Virus record (IMG/VR): IMGVR_UViG_3300031555_001542
Span: 46,014-110,013 of that record
Source of the DNA: a virus
Taxonomy: Duplodnaviria; Caudoviricetes
DNA length: 64,000 nucleotides
Strand: one strand, 5' to 3'
Of the stretch, positions 8,866 to 19,592 are shown piece after piece. A program made the translations under genes and the position numbers. The notes under the pieces were generated by a model that saw only the letters and a list, made by a program, of their open reading frames with translations, was not told where the DNA came from and ran no database searches. Within the stretch, counting starts at the first letter, position 1, and the number at the start of each line of letters is the position of its first letter.

Positions 8866-11478
8866 ATGGCAACAGAATATAAATTACCTTATACCGCACT
8901 TGATATAAATAGAAGACTAGGAAAAATTGACGAAATAGATTCATTAAAAGATCTTGTCGGAGCAGAACCCGTACAAAAACAAATTTCTGATGCGGTTAAA
9001 AATATCGGAGAAGCTATCAAAACGGATACAACTCTTAAAGTGCGTGGCAAAGCCGCAGATGCTAAAGCTGTTGGTGATGCAATTGCAAATTCCAAAGTAG
9101 AAATTGATAAAACTCTGAAAGTTAGTGGTAAGGCTGCGGATGCAAAAGTAACTGGTGATGAAATTACCAAATTAAATAACCTTGTTGGTGATACACCCGT
9201 TGCAGATCGAATTGCTACAGCCGTTGAAGAGTTAGCAGGGAACGTTTATACTCACCCTGACACCCACCCCGCTAGTATGATAACTGGATTATCTGGTGTC
9301 GCTACTAGTGGAGATTATAATGATTTAAGTAATTTGCCAGAACAGTATGTTCATCCTGAGAGTCATCCTGTAAGCATGATCACTGGTCTTGCTGACGTTG
9401 CCACAAGTGGCAATTACGAGGATTTAAGTAATAAACCAATTATTCCCGAAGAATATACACATCCAGAAACTCATCCTGTGGATATGATTACAGGTTTATC
9501 TGATATTGCAGTTTCTGGCGATTACGCAGATTTAAAGAATAAACCTACTATTCCAGATGAATATGTGCACCCATCTACTCACTCTGTAGATATGATTACT
9601 GGTCTTTCTGGTGTAGCTGTGAGCGGTGACTATAATGATTTGATTAATAAGCCAGACATTTCAGGTGAATATATTCACCCAGAAAGTCACCCTGCAAGCA
9701 TGATTACAGGACTTGCCAATGTTGCGGTTTCTGGTAATTATGAAGATTTGAGTAATAAACCCACTATCCCAACTCAATATATACATCCTGATAATCATCC
9801 AGCAAGTATGATTACTGGGTTGTCTGGTGTTGCGACTAGTGGTAGCTATAACGATTTGACGGATAAGCCGACAATTCCTAGTATTGATGGTTTGGCAACA
9901 GTAGCTTATGTAGATGAAAAGTTTGCTAATGTTGGGGAAAGCGGAGGAAGTGGAACATCTACTGGTCTACCTGAGTTCACCACCGAAGACGAAGGTAAAG
10001 TCCTGAGCATCAAAGACGGTACTCCCAGCTGGGAGAGTGTTAACGCCGGCTTCGGTAGTGTAAGCGAAGTTGATCTGTTCCCAGAGCGTGTAGCGGACGA
10101 TTTCCGTCCTTTAAGTTCCTATGGCGGATTGTATGGTACTGGTTATAATTTCCCCGAGAGCGGACTAACCAATGACCTTACCGACAGTTTCGAACTAGCA
10201 TTGGGCGAAATTTATTATGTTGAGTGGGATGGAGTCGAATACGAGGTTACCCCAAGCGATGCTAGCGCTGTACAGTCCGGTGCTTTGTTCCTTGGTAACG
10301 GAGCTCCTATGGGTCTGCCCGGTAATGGGGAACCGTTTGCGGTTGGATGGACTCATGCACAAGGAGTAACATTCATCAGCATCGATCAGCTTGAATCTCA
10401 CACCATCCGCATCTACCAGAAAGTCGAAACTACCTCCGCTATCAGCTGGAACGACCTCGCAGATAAGCCGTTTGGCGAAGAGAGAGGTCTTGTGGATCTC
10501 CTGCCCGAGACGACTTATAGCGAATTCTTTTTCGAAAACAATTATGGTGCGTACGTAGCTAACGAATCCGTTACCTATAAGCTGACTGTTGGCGAAACAT
10601 ATACCGTATTCTGGGACGGCCAGGAACATACCTGCATTGCACAAGACAGCAGTTCCTTAATGCCTAATACTGTGTGTATTGGTAATGCCTCAGCTTTTGG
10701 ATTGGCTGGTAACAACGAACCCTTCGTAATTGCATGGGAGACAACCGATGAATACGGAGATTTCGGTATGTATATCCCGCTGGTTAACGCTGGTGAGTCT
10801 ATTCCTCATACTATTCGTATTGCTCAAGAAGCCGATATTGTTAACCGGCTCGATAACAAATATCTGGATTTCATGAACGTCTATGAAGCGAAAGATATTA
10901 TGATAAATCCGAGGTTTCCATTCGATCTTGTCAGTGAAAATTACGAATCGTCGGGTAAGTCCTTATATATGGCCGAACTGATGGACACTTCTGAGTATGG
11001 GCATTTCGATAAGCTGACTCCTGGAGCTAAGTACGAGGTAATCATAAATGATAATGTGCAAATAGTTACCGCAAGTGAGATGGTTATCCCCGGAGTAGAA
11101 GGCGATTTCGTATTTTGCGGTAACAAGACTCTTGATAAACAAATTTTTGGAGACGACGCCGAGAATACATATGAAGATTTCTTGATTTGTGTTGTAAAGC
11201 AGGTAGTCGATGGTGCTCAGAGATGCGCCGCCGCCATATATATTACTACTACGGATACACATAGCGGAATAGGTGCTCCCGTTAGTATTAAACAGCTAGC
11301 ATGCAGTATCATCAAGAAGGAATATCTTCCTGATGATATCGGTGGAGGTAATGATTCCAATGTCGGTCCTGCTCTCCCCGAAGTCAGCACGTCCGACGCC
11401 GGTAAATTCCTGAGAGTCGGCGCCGATGGTAACTGGATTGTCGAAGCTCTACAGGACGTATCGGAGGTGGGCTTATGA
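8866..11478 (+). CDS. Tail fibre protein with His-rich shaft repeats and a higher-GC distal module
   Basis: GKAADAKAVGD motifs; six HPxxHP..SGxYxDL repeats; two related distal domains (..GE.Y.V.WDG..Y..G..N.EPF). Confidence 0.8.
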   Translation: MATEYKLPYTALDINRRLGKIDEIDSLKDLVGAEPVQKQISDAVKNIGEAIKTDTTLKVRGKAADAKAVGDAIANSKVEIDKTLKVSGKAADAKVTGDEITKLNNLVGDTPVADRIATAVEELAGNVYTHPDTHPASMITGLSGVATSGDYNDLSNLPEQYVHPESHPVSMITGLADVATSGNYEDLSNKPIIPEEYTHPETHPVDMITGLSDIAVSGDYADLKNKPTIPDEYVHPSTHSVDMITGLSGVAVSGDYNDLINKPDISGEYIHPESHPASMITGLANVAVSGNYEDLSNKPTIPTQYIHPDNHPASMITGLSGVATSGSYNDLTDKPTIPSIDGLATVAYVDEKFANVGESGGSGTSTGLPEFTTEDEGKVLSIKDGTPSWESVNAGFGSVSEVDLFPERVADDFRPLSSYGGLYGTGYNFPESGLTNDLTDSFELALGEIYYVEWDGVEYEVTPSDASAVQSGALFLGNGAPMGLPGNGEPFAVGWTHAQGVTFISIDQLESHTIRIYQKVETTSAISWNDLADKPFGEERGLVDLLPETTYSEFFFENNYGAYVANESVTYKLTVGETYTVFWDGQEHTCIAQDSSSLMPNTVCIGNASAFGLAGNNEPFVIAWETTDEYGDFGMYIPLVNAGESIPHTIRIAQEADIVNRLDNKYLDFMNVYEAKDIMINPRFPFDLVSENYESSGKSLYMAELMDTSEYGHFDKLTPGAKYEVIINDNVQIVTASEMVIPGVEGDFVFCGNKTLDKQIFGDDAENTYEDFLICVVKQVVDGAQRCAAAIYITTTDTHSGIGAPVSIKQLACSIIKKEYLPDDIGGGNDSNVGPALPEVSTSDAGKFLRVGADGNWIVEALQDVSEVGL
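9247..9882 (+). repeat. Six tandem ~36-codon repeats (YxHPxxHPxxMITGLxxVAxSGxYxDLxNKPxIP)
   Basis: Directly visible in both protein and DNA. Confidence 0.9.
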
Positions 11479-12641
11479 GCGAATATGTAATTATGCCCAC
11501 TGCTGATTATAAAGCCGCTTGTGATGCTATCCGTAATGCATCTGGCAAGAGCGATCTTATTAAATCTGGCGAACTTGAGGGTGAGATTAAGGCTATTGCG
11601 AATAAGATAGGCAATATTTCTGGCGGTGAGGTTGCAAAGAGCAAGGCAATCAATTTCTATGATATCTACGGAAACATTATCTATTCTTACACAAGAGCAG
11701 AAATGGCGGCACTAGAAGAACTGCCAGAAGCACCAGAAGTACCCGGCTATAATTTTGTTTCGTGGTCATGGACGTTAGAAAAATTGAAGTCTACCCCATT
11801 TGCAGATGTTGGAGCGCAGTACAAAAAGGAAGGTTCTGTGGCAACGGCGTTGCTTGTTGCTGATGTGTATGATGGGTTGACATTACCTTTATATTTCAAC
11901 CCAAGTTATAAGGGAACCACATATATTGATTGGGGCGATGGTAGCGAAGTATCGTCTGTCACCACAACAAACACCGCCCACAACACATCAACTTACTCTG
12001 CAACGCATACTTATTCTATGACGGGTATTGTCGTTATTGGAGTATGGTTTATTCCTACTGATAGAACCTGGGGCAGTCTTTATCTTGGCAAATACGGCAC
12101 ATCCGCTTCTTCCACAAGATTTGGAATATTTGGTGGATCATTAAACGGATACAATAGAATTCTTTTAGCTTTCACGGGTGCTTCTGCCTATCCTGGAAAT
12201 GCGGCGCTTTATAAAGAGTACAGTTTGAGATATCTTTGCTGTGGTTCTTCATCTTATAGTTTTTATTCTCCGAATAGTTGTTATGCGTTGGAAACGGTAG
12301 CTTTTATGGATATTCAGCTTAAGGCTAATTGCTATAATAGTTGCTATTCAATAAAACGGTTATCTGTTGGAAATGGTGTCAATTCAGGTGTTTTACCAGG
12401 TCTTTATGGAGTACAAGAACTTTCGGTACATAGCGGTGGAATCTACAATTCTTCGCTTGCTGGAAAAAATTTGATTCTTCCCCTTAGTAGTGTTCAACCA
12501 CTAGGAACAACACTTTATTTTGGAACGAATCTTGGAAGAGTCTATGTCCCTGATGATTTAGTGGATTCTTATAAGGCTGACTCCAAATGGAGTGCCTACG
12601 CAAGCTATATCTACCCATTAAGCGAATACCCAGATTATTAA
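11475..12641 (+). CDS. Receptor-binding/adhesin protein with BspA-like LRR C-terminus
   Basis: IDWGDGS PKD-like motif; C-terminal VYVPDDLVDSYK...W..YAS cap typical of BspA/LRR_5 proteins. Confidence 0.65.
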   Translation: MSEYVIMPTADYKAACDAIRNASGKSDLIKSGELEGEIKAIANKIGNISGGEVAKSKAINFYDIYGNIIYSYTRAEMAALEELPEAPEVPGYNFVSWSWTLEKLKSTPFADVGAQYKKEGSVATALLVADVYDGLTLPLYFNPSYKGTTYIDWGDGSEVSSVTTTNTAHNTSTYSATHTYSMTGIVVIGVWFIPTDRTWGSLYLGKYGTSASSTRFGIFGGSLNGYNRILLAFTGASAYPGNAALYKEYSLRYLCCGSSSYSFYSPNSCYALETVAFMDIQLKANCYNSCYSIKRLSVGNGVNSGVLPGLYGVQELSVHSGGIYNSSLAGKNLILPLSSVQPLGTTLYFGTNLGRVYVPDDLVDSYKADSKWSAYASYIYPLSEYPDY

Positions 12642-12655
12642 AGGAGGAAAATAAT

Positions 12656-12736
12656 ATGCCTTTCAGCACAACTTATGCAGACAATATTTTCAATTGGGCC
12701 ATGGGCAAACCTGTTTCCTTGAGTGGACGTTATTAA
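12656..12736 (+). pseudogene. Truncated 26-codon remnant of a tail gene (MPFSTTYADNIFNWAMGK...)
   Basis: Perfect AAGGAGG RBS and a plausible structural-protein N-terminus, then an early stop followed by AT-rich DNA. Confidence 0.45.
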
Positions 12737-12843
12737 ATAAAATATATTATTAACAAAAAATACCATCTTCCGGGATGAAGGAACAATAAAAATTTAAGCC
12801 ATAATTATGGCATATTAAAAAACAAGAAAGGAGATAAATTGTC

Positions 12844-15840
12844 TTGATTACGGAAAACTTATCGACTTTAAAAATACACCAATTGACACAAAAACAGTAT
12901 AATAGAGAACTAGAATCTGGAACAATGGATAAAAATGCTTTGTATTTAACACCAGAAGAAGCAATTGATTTAAGTGGTTATGTTACTCTTGAACAGTTAA
13001 ATGAAAAAGCAGATGCTATTCATACACACGAGATTGTTCAACCGTATGACACTGTAAGTGGTGTAGAGACTGTTACGGTCGATCATGCATCTACGACCGA
13101 ACATGATTTAACCGTGGTGTTAAGTAGTGAAACGTATGCAAACTTTTCTGATATAACTGTAATTTTAACTAGTGGTGATGAAGAGCAAGTTATAGTTGCA
13201 AACACCAATGGCAATGTTATCGGATTACGTTCTAGACCAGATTTTACTTTGACTCTACGTTGTGATGCAGACGATTTTGATGCTTCCGAGATTACTATTA
13301 CATGTACTTATCAGATTGACTTAGAAAAGGTCTTACAAGATTATGTGTTAAATGTAGATCTTGACGGTGATTTTGGTGAAGATAGCGAATCCTCTAACGG
13401 TAGCTCCGTTATTATAGACCCTACATTATCTATTTCTCTGGCAGCTGCCGATGCTAAAGCGGTAGGCGTTGCAATTAGTGACTTGGACACCGAACTTAAT
13501 AATAAAATTGCAGCTGAGAGAAGTAGAATTAACAGTTTTGTTTCATTGGCTAACGGAAGTACTACTGGAGACGCAGAGCTTACTGATATCAGAGTATCTT
13601 ATGACGGCACTACTTATGATGCAGCAGGTGATGCTGTTCGTGCACTTGGCAATGAAATTACATATTTGCGTGGTAGTTTAAGAGACTATATTGATGCGAA
13701 AGCAATTGATGGTCTATTATATGAAAATAATAAGTTATATCTAACTTACAATGGTGAAATTGTATCTGACCCAGTTGAAATTGTTGGTGGCATCGGCGGT
13801 GGGGTTGGTGGCTCCAATAATAATGCTACCATTACTTTTACCAACACATCTGGTTGGATTTATAAAACTATTGCATCTGGTTCCTCTTGCCCTGTTGATT
13901 TTGAATGGAGCAGTTTAGAGGACTATATTGCTACTGGACCAGGCGTTATAAAGGTTATTGTTAATGGTATTCAAAAACATACTGCCGCTATTCAGCAAGG
14001 TAGTCACACATTAGATGTTTCTCCATGGCTAAGTTCTGGCGACAATACAGTTAAAATTAACATATCTGACATCTATGGCAATAGCCGTACAATTTCAGTA
14101 AGTGTTACATCTGTATTATTAACTATAGCATCTACATTTGATGCAAGTATTGCGTATACTGGAGATATTAGTTTTACATATACTCCTACTGGATCTGCAG
14201 AAAAAACTGTACACTTTGTTGTTGATGGAAAAGAAATTGGTATTGCAAAAATGACAGCCTCTGGCCGTCAACAACCATATACCATTCCTGCACAGACTCA
14301 TGGAAGTCATATTTTAGAAGTGTATTTTGACGCAGTTATTGCCGGTGAAACTGTTGAAAGTAATAAACTACGTTATGATCTAATATGTTTGGAGGATGGT
14401 AAAACCACGCCAATAATTACAAGTAGTTTTAATGCTGATACTGTTGAGCAATTTGATAGTGTTGTTATTGATTACTATGTATATACTCCAAATGCTTTAA
14501 CTTCACCAATTACATTAAAAGCAAATGGCGCAGAAGTGAAGCCTTTGACAGTTGATAGAACTAAACAAACATGGACTTATCGTGCGGATAATTCTGGTGA
14601 ACTTAAGCTTACTATTACATGTGGTGATGCTGTTAAGACTTTTGAACTAACAGTAAGTGAAAGTAGCATTAATGTTGAAGCAGAAACTAGTAGTTTAGCA
14701 CTACACCTATCTAGTTATGGTAGATCTAATAACGAAGATAATCCTGCTGTATGGCAGAGCGGTGATATTGCTGCAACCTTTACAGGATTTAATTTTAATT
14801 CTGATGGTTGGTTGAAAGATGGCGATGGTATTGCAGTACTTAGAGTAACTGGCGACGCAAGACTAACTATTCCTATGCAAATTTTTGCTACTGACTTCCG
14901 TACTACTGGTAAGACGATTGAGTTAGAATTCGCAACTAGAGATGTCCTAAATTACGACTCTGTTATTTTCTCATGTTTCTCTGGAAACCGTGGTCTGCAG
15001 ATTACTGCTCAAAAAGCATTCTTGAAATCTGAGCAGTCTGAAATTAGCACTCAGTATAAAGAAGATGAACACGTTCGTTTGGCATTTGTTGTGCAGAAGC
15101 GTGCGGAGCATCGTCTATTAATGGTTTATATTAATGGTATTTTGTCTGGTGTTATGCAATATCCTGATGATGATGATTTCTCTCAGATGGAACCCGTTGA
15201 TATTTCTATCGGTAGTAGCGATTGTACTATTGACCTATATAACATTCGTGTTTATAACAACAGCCTAACTCGTTTCCAGGTTCTTGAGAACTGGATTGCT
15301 GACACTCAGATTGCCTCCCAAAAGAAGGAAAGATGGCAACATAATAATGTATTTGACGAATATGGTCAAATTGTTATTTCTCAGCTACCAACAGATTTGC
15401 CCTATATGGTTATATCCGCTAAAACACTTCCTCAGTCCAAGGGCGATAAGAAAATTGTTAGCGGTTATTATGTTGATCCAGTAGATTCTAACAGAAGCTT
15501 TACTTTTGCTGGGGCAGAGGCGGATGTTCAAGGTACGTCTTCTGCTGGATATGCAAGAAAGAATTATAAAATTAAATTTAAGGGTGGCTTTGTACAAAAT
15601 GGAACAAACACGGAAACTTACAAGTTACGTGATGATTCCGTCCCGACTTCTGTATTTACATTCAAGGCAGACGTTGCATCTTCTGAAGGTGCAAATAACG
15701 TTGAACTAGTTAGATTGTACAATGATGCTTGCCCATATAAGACTCCACCACAGAAAGAAGATGGATATGTTCGTCAAGGAATCGATGGATATCCTATGAT
15801 TATTTTCCAAGATGATGGTACTGAAACTATATTTATCGGT
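12844..15840 (+). CDS. Exon 1 of giant adhesin/fibre protein A (Ig-like, LamG-like, N-lobe of CotH-like kinase)
   Basis: 999 codons ending ...ETIFIG; collinear with the paralog at 30804..36527. Confidence 0.85.
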
Positions 15841-15918
15841 AAATGAATCTGCCGATGTAAAACTCTCTCTAATATACGGCGAAAACCGTGCGGACGGCAA
15901 CGCCTTGGAAGGATAAAC

Positions 15919-15935
15919 AACAATACAAAATTAAT
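15919..15935 (+). promoter_or_regulatory. Conserved motif, copy 2 (AACAATACAAAATTAAT), inside the intron upstream of the endonuclease
   Basis: Exact consensus match, 20 nt before the endonuclease ATG. Confidence 0.6.
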
Positions 15936-15955
15936 TTTTAATAGGAGGTGACGAT

Positions 15956-16687
15956 ATGAAAGAACATATTAATCATTGGATTATTTATATGTATACTTTT
16001 CCAAATGGCAAAAGATATATTGGAAAAACTAAACGCACATTAAGTAGAAGACAAGGGTGTGATTTTACTGGATATGAAAATTGTACAGTTTTATGGAAAG
16101 CAATACAAAAATATGGTATCGAAAATATTCAGCAAGAAATCTTGTTTGAGAACGATATGACAGATGAGTATGCATCAAGACTTGAACAAATTTGTATTTT
16201 ACTTTTTAAAGCAAATTGCAATAAATTTTCAAATCCTAAGTTTGGATATAACCTAACAGATGGCGGAGATGGTGTATTAGGGTGGCACCCAGACGAAGAG
16301 AGGCTTGAGGTTTTGCGCCTACAGATGTATGAGTTTGCAGAGAAACGAAGAGGAACACATCCTTCGGAAGAAACTAGAAAAAAGCAGAGTAAAGCCAAAC
16401 AAGGTAAAAAACGAGGTCCAATGTCCGAGTCTACCAAACAGAAAATTAGTATTGCAAATAGTCGTGAAAACATGAGCGAGGAAACTCATGTTCGACGTAG
16501 TAATTCAAAGAAAAAGAAAGTTATCGCCACGCATAAAACAACTAAAGAAGAAATAATTTTTAACAGTTGTGAGGAAGTGGCAGAATATTTTCATGTTGGC
16601 TTCTCAACCGTTAGTAGATGGTGTAAGAAGTTGCGTAAACCGTCTGTTGATTATGATTTTGATTATTTATCCACCAACAACGACTGA
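15956..16687 (+). CDS. Intron-encoded GIY-YIG homing endonuclease with NUMOD3/NUMOD1-type DNA-binding tail
   Basis: IIYMY..NGKRYIGKT..R; GYNLTDGG; HPSEETRKKQS repeats; C-terminal HTH (FNSCEEVAEYF); RBS AGGAGGTG. Confidence 0.9.
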   Translation: MKEHINHWIIYMYTFPNGKRYIGKTKRTLSRRQGCDFTGYENCTVLWKAIQKYGIENIQQEILFENDMTDEYASRLEQICILLFKANCNKFSNPKFGYNLTDGGDGVLGWHPDEERLEVLRLQMYEFAEKRRGTHPSEETRKKQSKAKQGKKRGPMSESTKQKISIANSRENMSEETHVRRSNSKKKKVIATHKTTKEEIIFNSCEEVAEYFHVGFSTVSRWCKKLRKPSVDYDFDYLSTNND

Positions 16688-16838
16688 ACGAGAGAGCGTC
16701 ATAATGTGACGATGTAACAGTCTGAACACGAGCAACACCGCTATAAAGAAGCTCGTGAGGAAAGCTCAGAGGTAATCAGACCACTTAAAGAAGAAGCTTT
16801 CCCGCCTATTTAAAATAGGTCATAAAAGTAACAGCTTG

Positions 16839-19592
16839 AAGTACAATTTTAATAATGATAAGTCCAGTCCAGAAGTCTTTGGCTTCGCAGCTGGTGACGA
16901 GTCTTGGGAAATCAGAAATAATACATCTAATCGTGTTCTATGGAAGTCTGCTGATTTCAATGGAACAGATTGGCTAAACGACTTTGAAGCTAGATACCCA
17001 GAAGATAACACTAATACTGAAAATCTATCTGCCCTAGCTACTTGGCTGGTGTCTACAGATCAGAGTGCAGCCACTAATGAGGCGCTAAATCCTGCCGTAA
17101 CATATGGTGATGTCACCTACGACAAAGATACTGCAGAGTATCGTTTGGCTAAGTTTAAGAACGAGATTTCTAATTACTTAGAACTTGACAGCGCTTTATT
17201 CTATTATTTATTCACAGAACTTTTCTTGATGGTTGACTCTAGAGCAAAGAACGCCTTCCCCACTCTATACAGTGGTGGTAAATGGTGCTGGCTACCTTAC
17301 GATATGGACACCGCTATTGGTACTAATAACGAAGGTGCCTTGACATTCTCCTATGAGTTAGAAGATATCGACCAGACTTCTACTGGAGCAGATGTCTATA
17401 ACGGACAAGATAGCGTTATGTGGATTAACCTACGTGCAGCATTTATGGACGAACTTCGCACAATGTATCAAAAGTTACGTTCTGATGAAGCAATTTCTTA
17501 TGCCGACACAGAAAGACGTTTTGAGGAACATCAGAATGTATGGCCAGAGGCTATTTTCAATGAAGATAGCTATTATAAGTATCTTGAGCCCCTATTTAAT
17601 GACAATACAGCATCATATCTAGGAATGTTACAAGGCAGTAAGGCAGAACAGCGTAAGTGGTGGCTATATAATAGATTCCGTTATATTGACAGTAAGTATA
17701 ACGCTGGTGATGCACAAAAGGACTTTATTACTCTTCGTGGCTATGCTAAGGATGATATCACAGTTACTCCTTATGCTGATATTTATGCAACCATTAAATA
17801 CGGTTCTTATCTAGAGCAGGTTCGTGCTCTTCGTGGTGGTAATTATACTCTAGAATGTCCACTAGACAATGTTAATGATACAGAAATTTATATCTACTCA
17901 GCTTCTCAGTTGGCTGATATTGGTGATATATCTGGTCTGAAGGTTGGTTATGCCGACTTCTCTATGGGCACAAAGTTACAGAATCTAAAGGTCGGCGATG
18001 CATCTGCTGACTATAGTAATGAAAACTTAATCGAGCTATATCTTGGCAATAATACGTTGCTAAAAACACTAGATATACGCAATTGTCCAAACTTAACTCA
18101 GTCTGTTGATGTATCAGGTTGCTCTAATATTGAAAACATCTATTTTGATGGAACGGCTATTACTGGTTTGACTCTACCTAATGGTGGTATTCTAAAAGTT
18201 CTGCACTTACCAGAAACTATTACAAACCTAACTCTTAGAAATCAAACTGCATTAACTGAATTTGTAATTCCATCTTATGCCAATGTTACAACCTTAAGAC
18301 TGGAAAACAATAGTGACATTATTAATCCTATGGATATTCTTGAGCAAGTTCCTGCAAATAGTCGTGTTAGAATCATTGGTTTTGATCTTGATGTTGAATC
18401 TGTTGACGAAATTGTAGCATTCTACGATAAGCTAGACACTATGAGAGGACTTGACGAACAAGGTAATAACATGGACAAGCCTCAAATGTCTGGCAAGATT
18501 CATATCGATCACATTTATGGTTCTGAATTAGAGCAAATGAACTCTAGATATCCAACTATCACTATTACTTATAATAAACTTACAAGCTATCTGAACTTCT
18601 ACAACGAGGATGGTAGCGAGCTACTTTATACTGCTATAGTTGAAAACGGTGGAGATGGGATGTATGTTGGCTCTGAGGTAACTAAAGAAAGCACCGCACA
18701 ATATGCATATGATTTTGCTGGATGGAGTAAGACTCCTGGTGGTTCTGCTGAGAATGATGCTATTGCTACTGTTATTTATGACAGAAATGTCTATGCTTGC
18801 TTTAATGCAACTGTAAGAAAGTATAATGTATATTATTATAACGGAGACATTTTGTTACAGACATATACGGATGTTCCTTATGGTAACAGTGTAAGCTACA
18901 CTGGAGAGGATCCAGTATATAGTGGTAATTATGCCGAAGATTGGGAATTTGTTGGATTTAGTCCAGATGGCAGTTCTATCGTAGGTAAAACAAATTGCTA
19001 TGCTCAGTATAATTATATTGGTGTTGTATCTAGAGCATTAATTAAACGTAGTTTAGGCGGCGAATATGAGAATGATAGAGTTACTGAAATTGGAAGCCAT
19101 GCTTTTGATGGATGTTCCGAATTGACCGCTGTATATATTCCAAACGTAATAAGTATTGGGGATTCGGCATTCGCCAACTGCAACAAGTTAACTGATATTA
19201 ATGTTCCTAAATTATTAGAGATTGGTCACTCTTCTTTTGTACAATGTTCGTCGTTGAAGAATATAAGTTTCTCACGTGTAACTAGTGTTGGTTGGTATGC
19301 ATTCCAGTTATGTACAAACTTAGAGAAGGCAGAATTTTATAAAACATGTCATTTTAAACATGCGTTTATGCAGTGCGAGAAGCTAGATACGTTAATATTA
19401 CATAGTACTGACGCTATATGTACAACAGAGTCCTCTACACTTGGTGGAACTAAAATTGCAAACGGTACAGGTTATATTTATGTTCCTAAGGCATTGATTG
19501 AACAATATAAGACCGCACAGTATTGGAAAAATTATGCCGACCAGTTCCGTGCAATTGAAGACTACCCTGATATTTGTGGAGGTGAAGAATAA
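16839..19592 (+). CDS. Exon 2 of giant adhesin/fibre protein A (CotH-like kinase C-lobe, LRRs, InlB-B-like repeats, BspA LRR); spliced product ~1916 aa
   Basis: MVDSRAKNAF and PYDMDTAIG motifs; LRRs; no RBS-supported start of its own; in frame with exon 1 after splicing. Confidence 0.85.
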   Translation, partial: KYNFNNDKSSPEVFGFAAGDESWEIRNNTSNRVLWKSADFNGTDWLNDFEARYPEDNTNTENLSALATWLVSTDQSAATNEALNPAVTYGDVTYDKDTAEYRLAKFKNEISNYLELDSALFYYLFTELFLMVDSRAKNAFPTLYSGGKWCWLPYDMDTAIGTNNEGALTFSYELEDIDQTSTGADVYNGQDSVMWINLRAAFMDELRTMYQKLRSDEAISYADTERRFEEHQNVWPEAIFNEDSYYKYLEPLFNDNTASYLGMLQGSKAEQRKWWLYNRFRYIDSKYNAGDAQKDFITLRGYAKDDITVTPYADIYATIKYGSYLEQVRALRGGNYTLECPLDNVNDTEIYIYSASQLADIGDISGLKVGYADFSMGTKLQNLKVGDASADYSNENLIELYLGNNTLLKTLDIRNCPNLTQSVDVSGCSNIENIYFDGTAITGLTLPNGGILKVLHLPETITNLTLRNQTALTEFVIPSYANVTTLRLENNSDIINPMDILEQVPANSRVRIIGFDLDVESVDEIVAFYDKLDTMRGLDEQGNNMDKPQMSGKIHIDHIYGSELEQMNSRYPTITITYNKLTSYLNFYNEDGSELLYTAIVENGGDGMYVGSEVTKESTAQYAYDFAGWSKTPGGSAENDAIATVIYDRNVYACFNATVRKYNVYYYNGDILLQTYTDVPYGNSVSYTGEDPVYSGNYAEDWEFVGFSPDGSSIVGKTNCYAQYNYIGVVSRALIKRSLGGEYENDRVTEIGSHAFDGCSELTAVYIPNVISIGDSAFANCNKLTDINVPKLLEIGHSSFVQCSSLKNISFSRVTSVGWYAFQLCTNLEKAEFYKTCHFKHAFMQCEKLDTLILHSTDAICTTESSTLGGTKIANGTGYIYVPKALIEQYKTAQYWKNYADQFRAIEDYPDICGGEE

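Larger units (their letters stand above)
15841..16838 (+). ncRNA. Group I self-splicing intron (998 nt)
   Basis: P1: exon AUCGGU pairs with IGS GCCGAU, giving U.G at the splice site. P3 CUCUCU/AGAGAG; P4 GGCG/CGCC; P5 CCGU/ACGG; P6 GGAUAAA/UUUAUCC enclosing the ORF; P7 GACUG/CAGUC; P8 CGUCA/UGACG; terminal G16838. Removal restores the frame: FIG|KYNFNNDK. Confidence 0.92.

Noticed and set aside
9247-9882. CRISPR-like array
   Set aside because: Repeats are degenerate, in frame and protein-coding, with no unique spacers; no cas genes seen
15840-16839. Intein, frameshift or stop-readthrough explanation for the split gene
   Set aside because: In-frame stop, separate endonuclease ORF with its own RBS, and a full group I core indicate RNA splicing
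16836-19592. Independent 918-aa gene starting at TTG 16836
   Set aside because: The TTG is the intron 3' end (omega-G at 16838), there is no RBS, and the sequence continues exon 1
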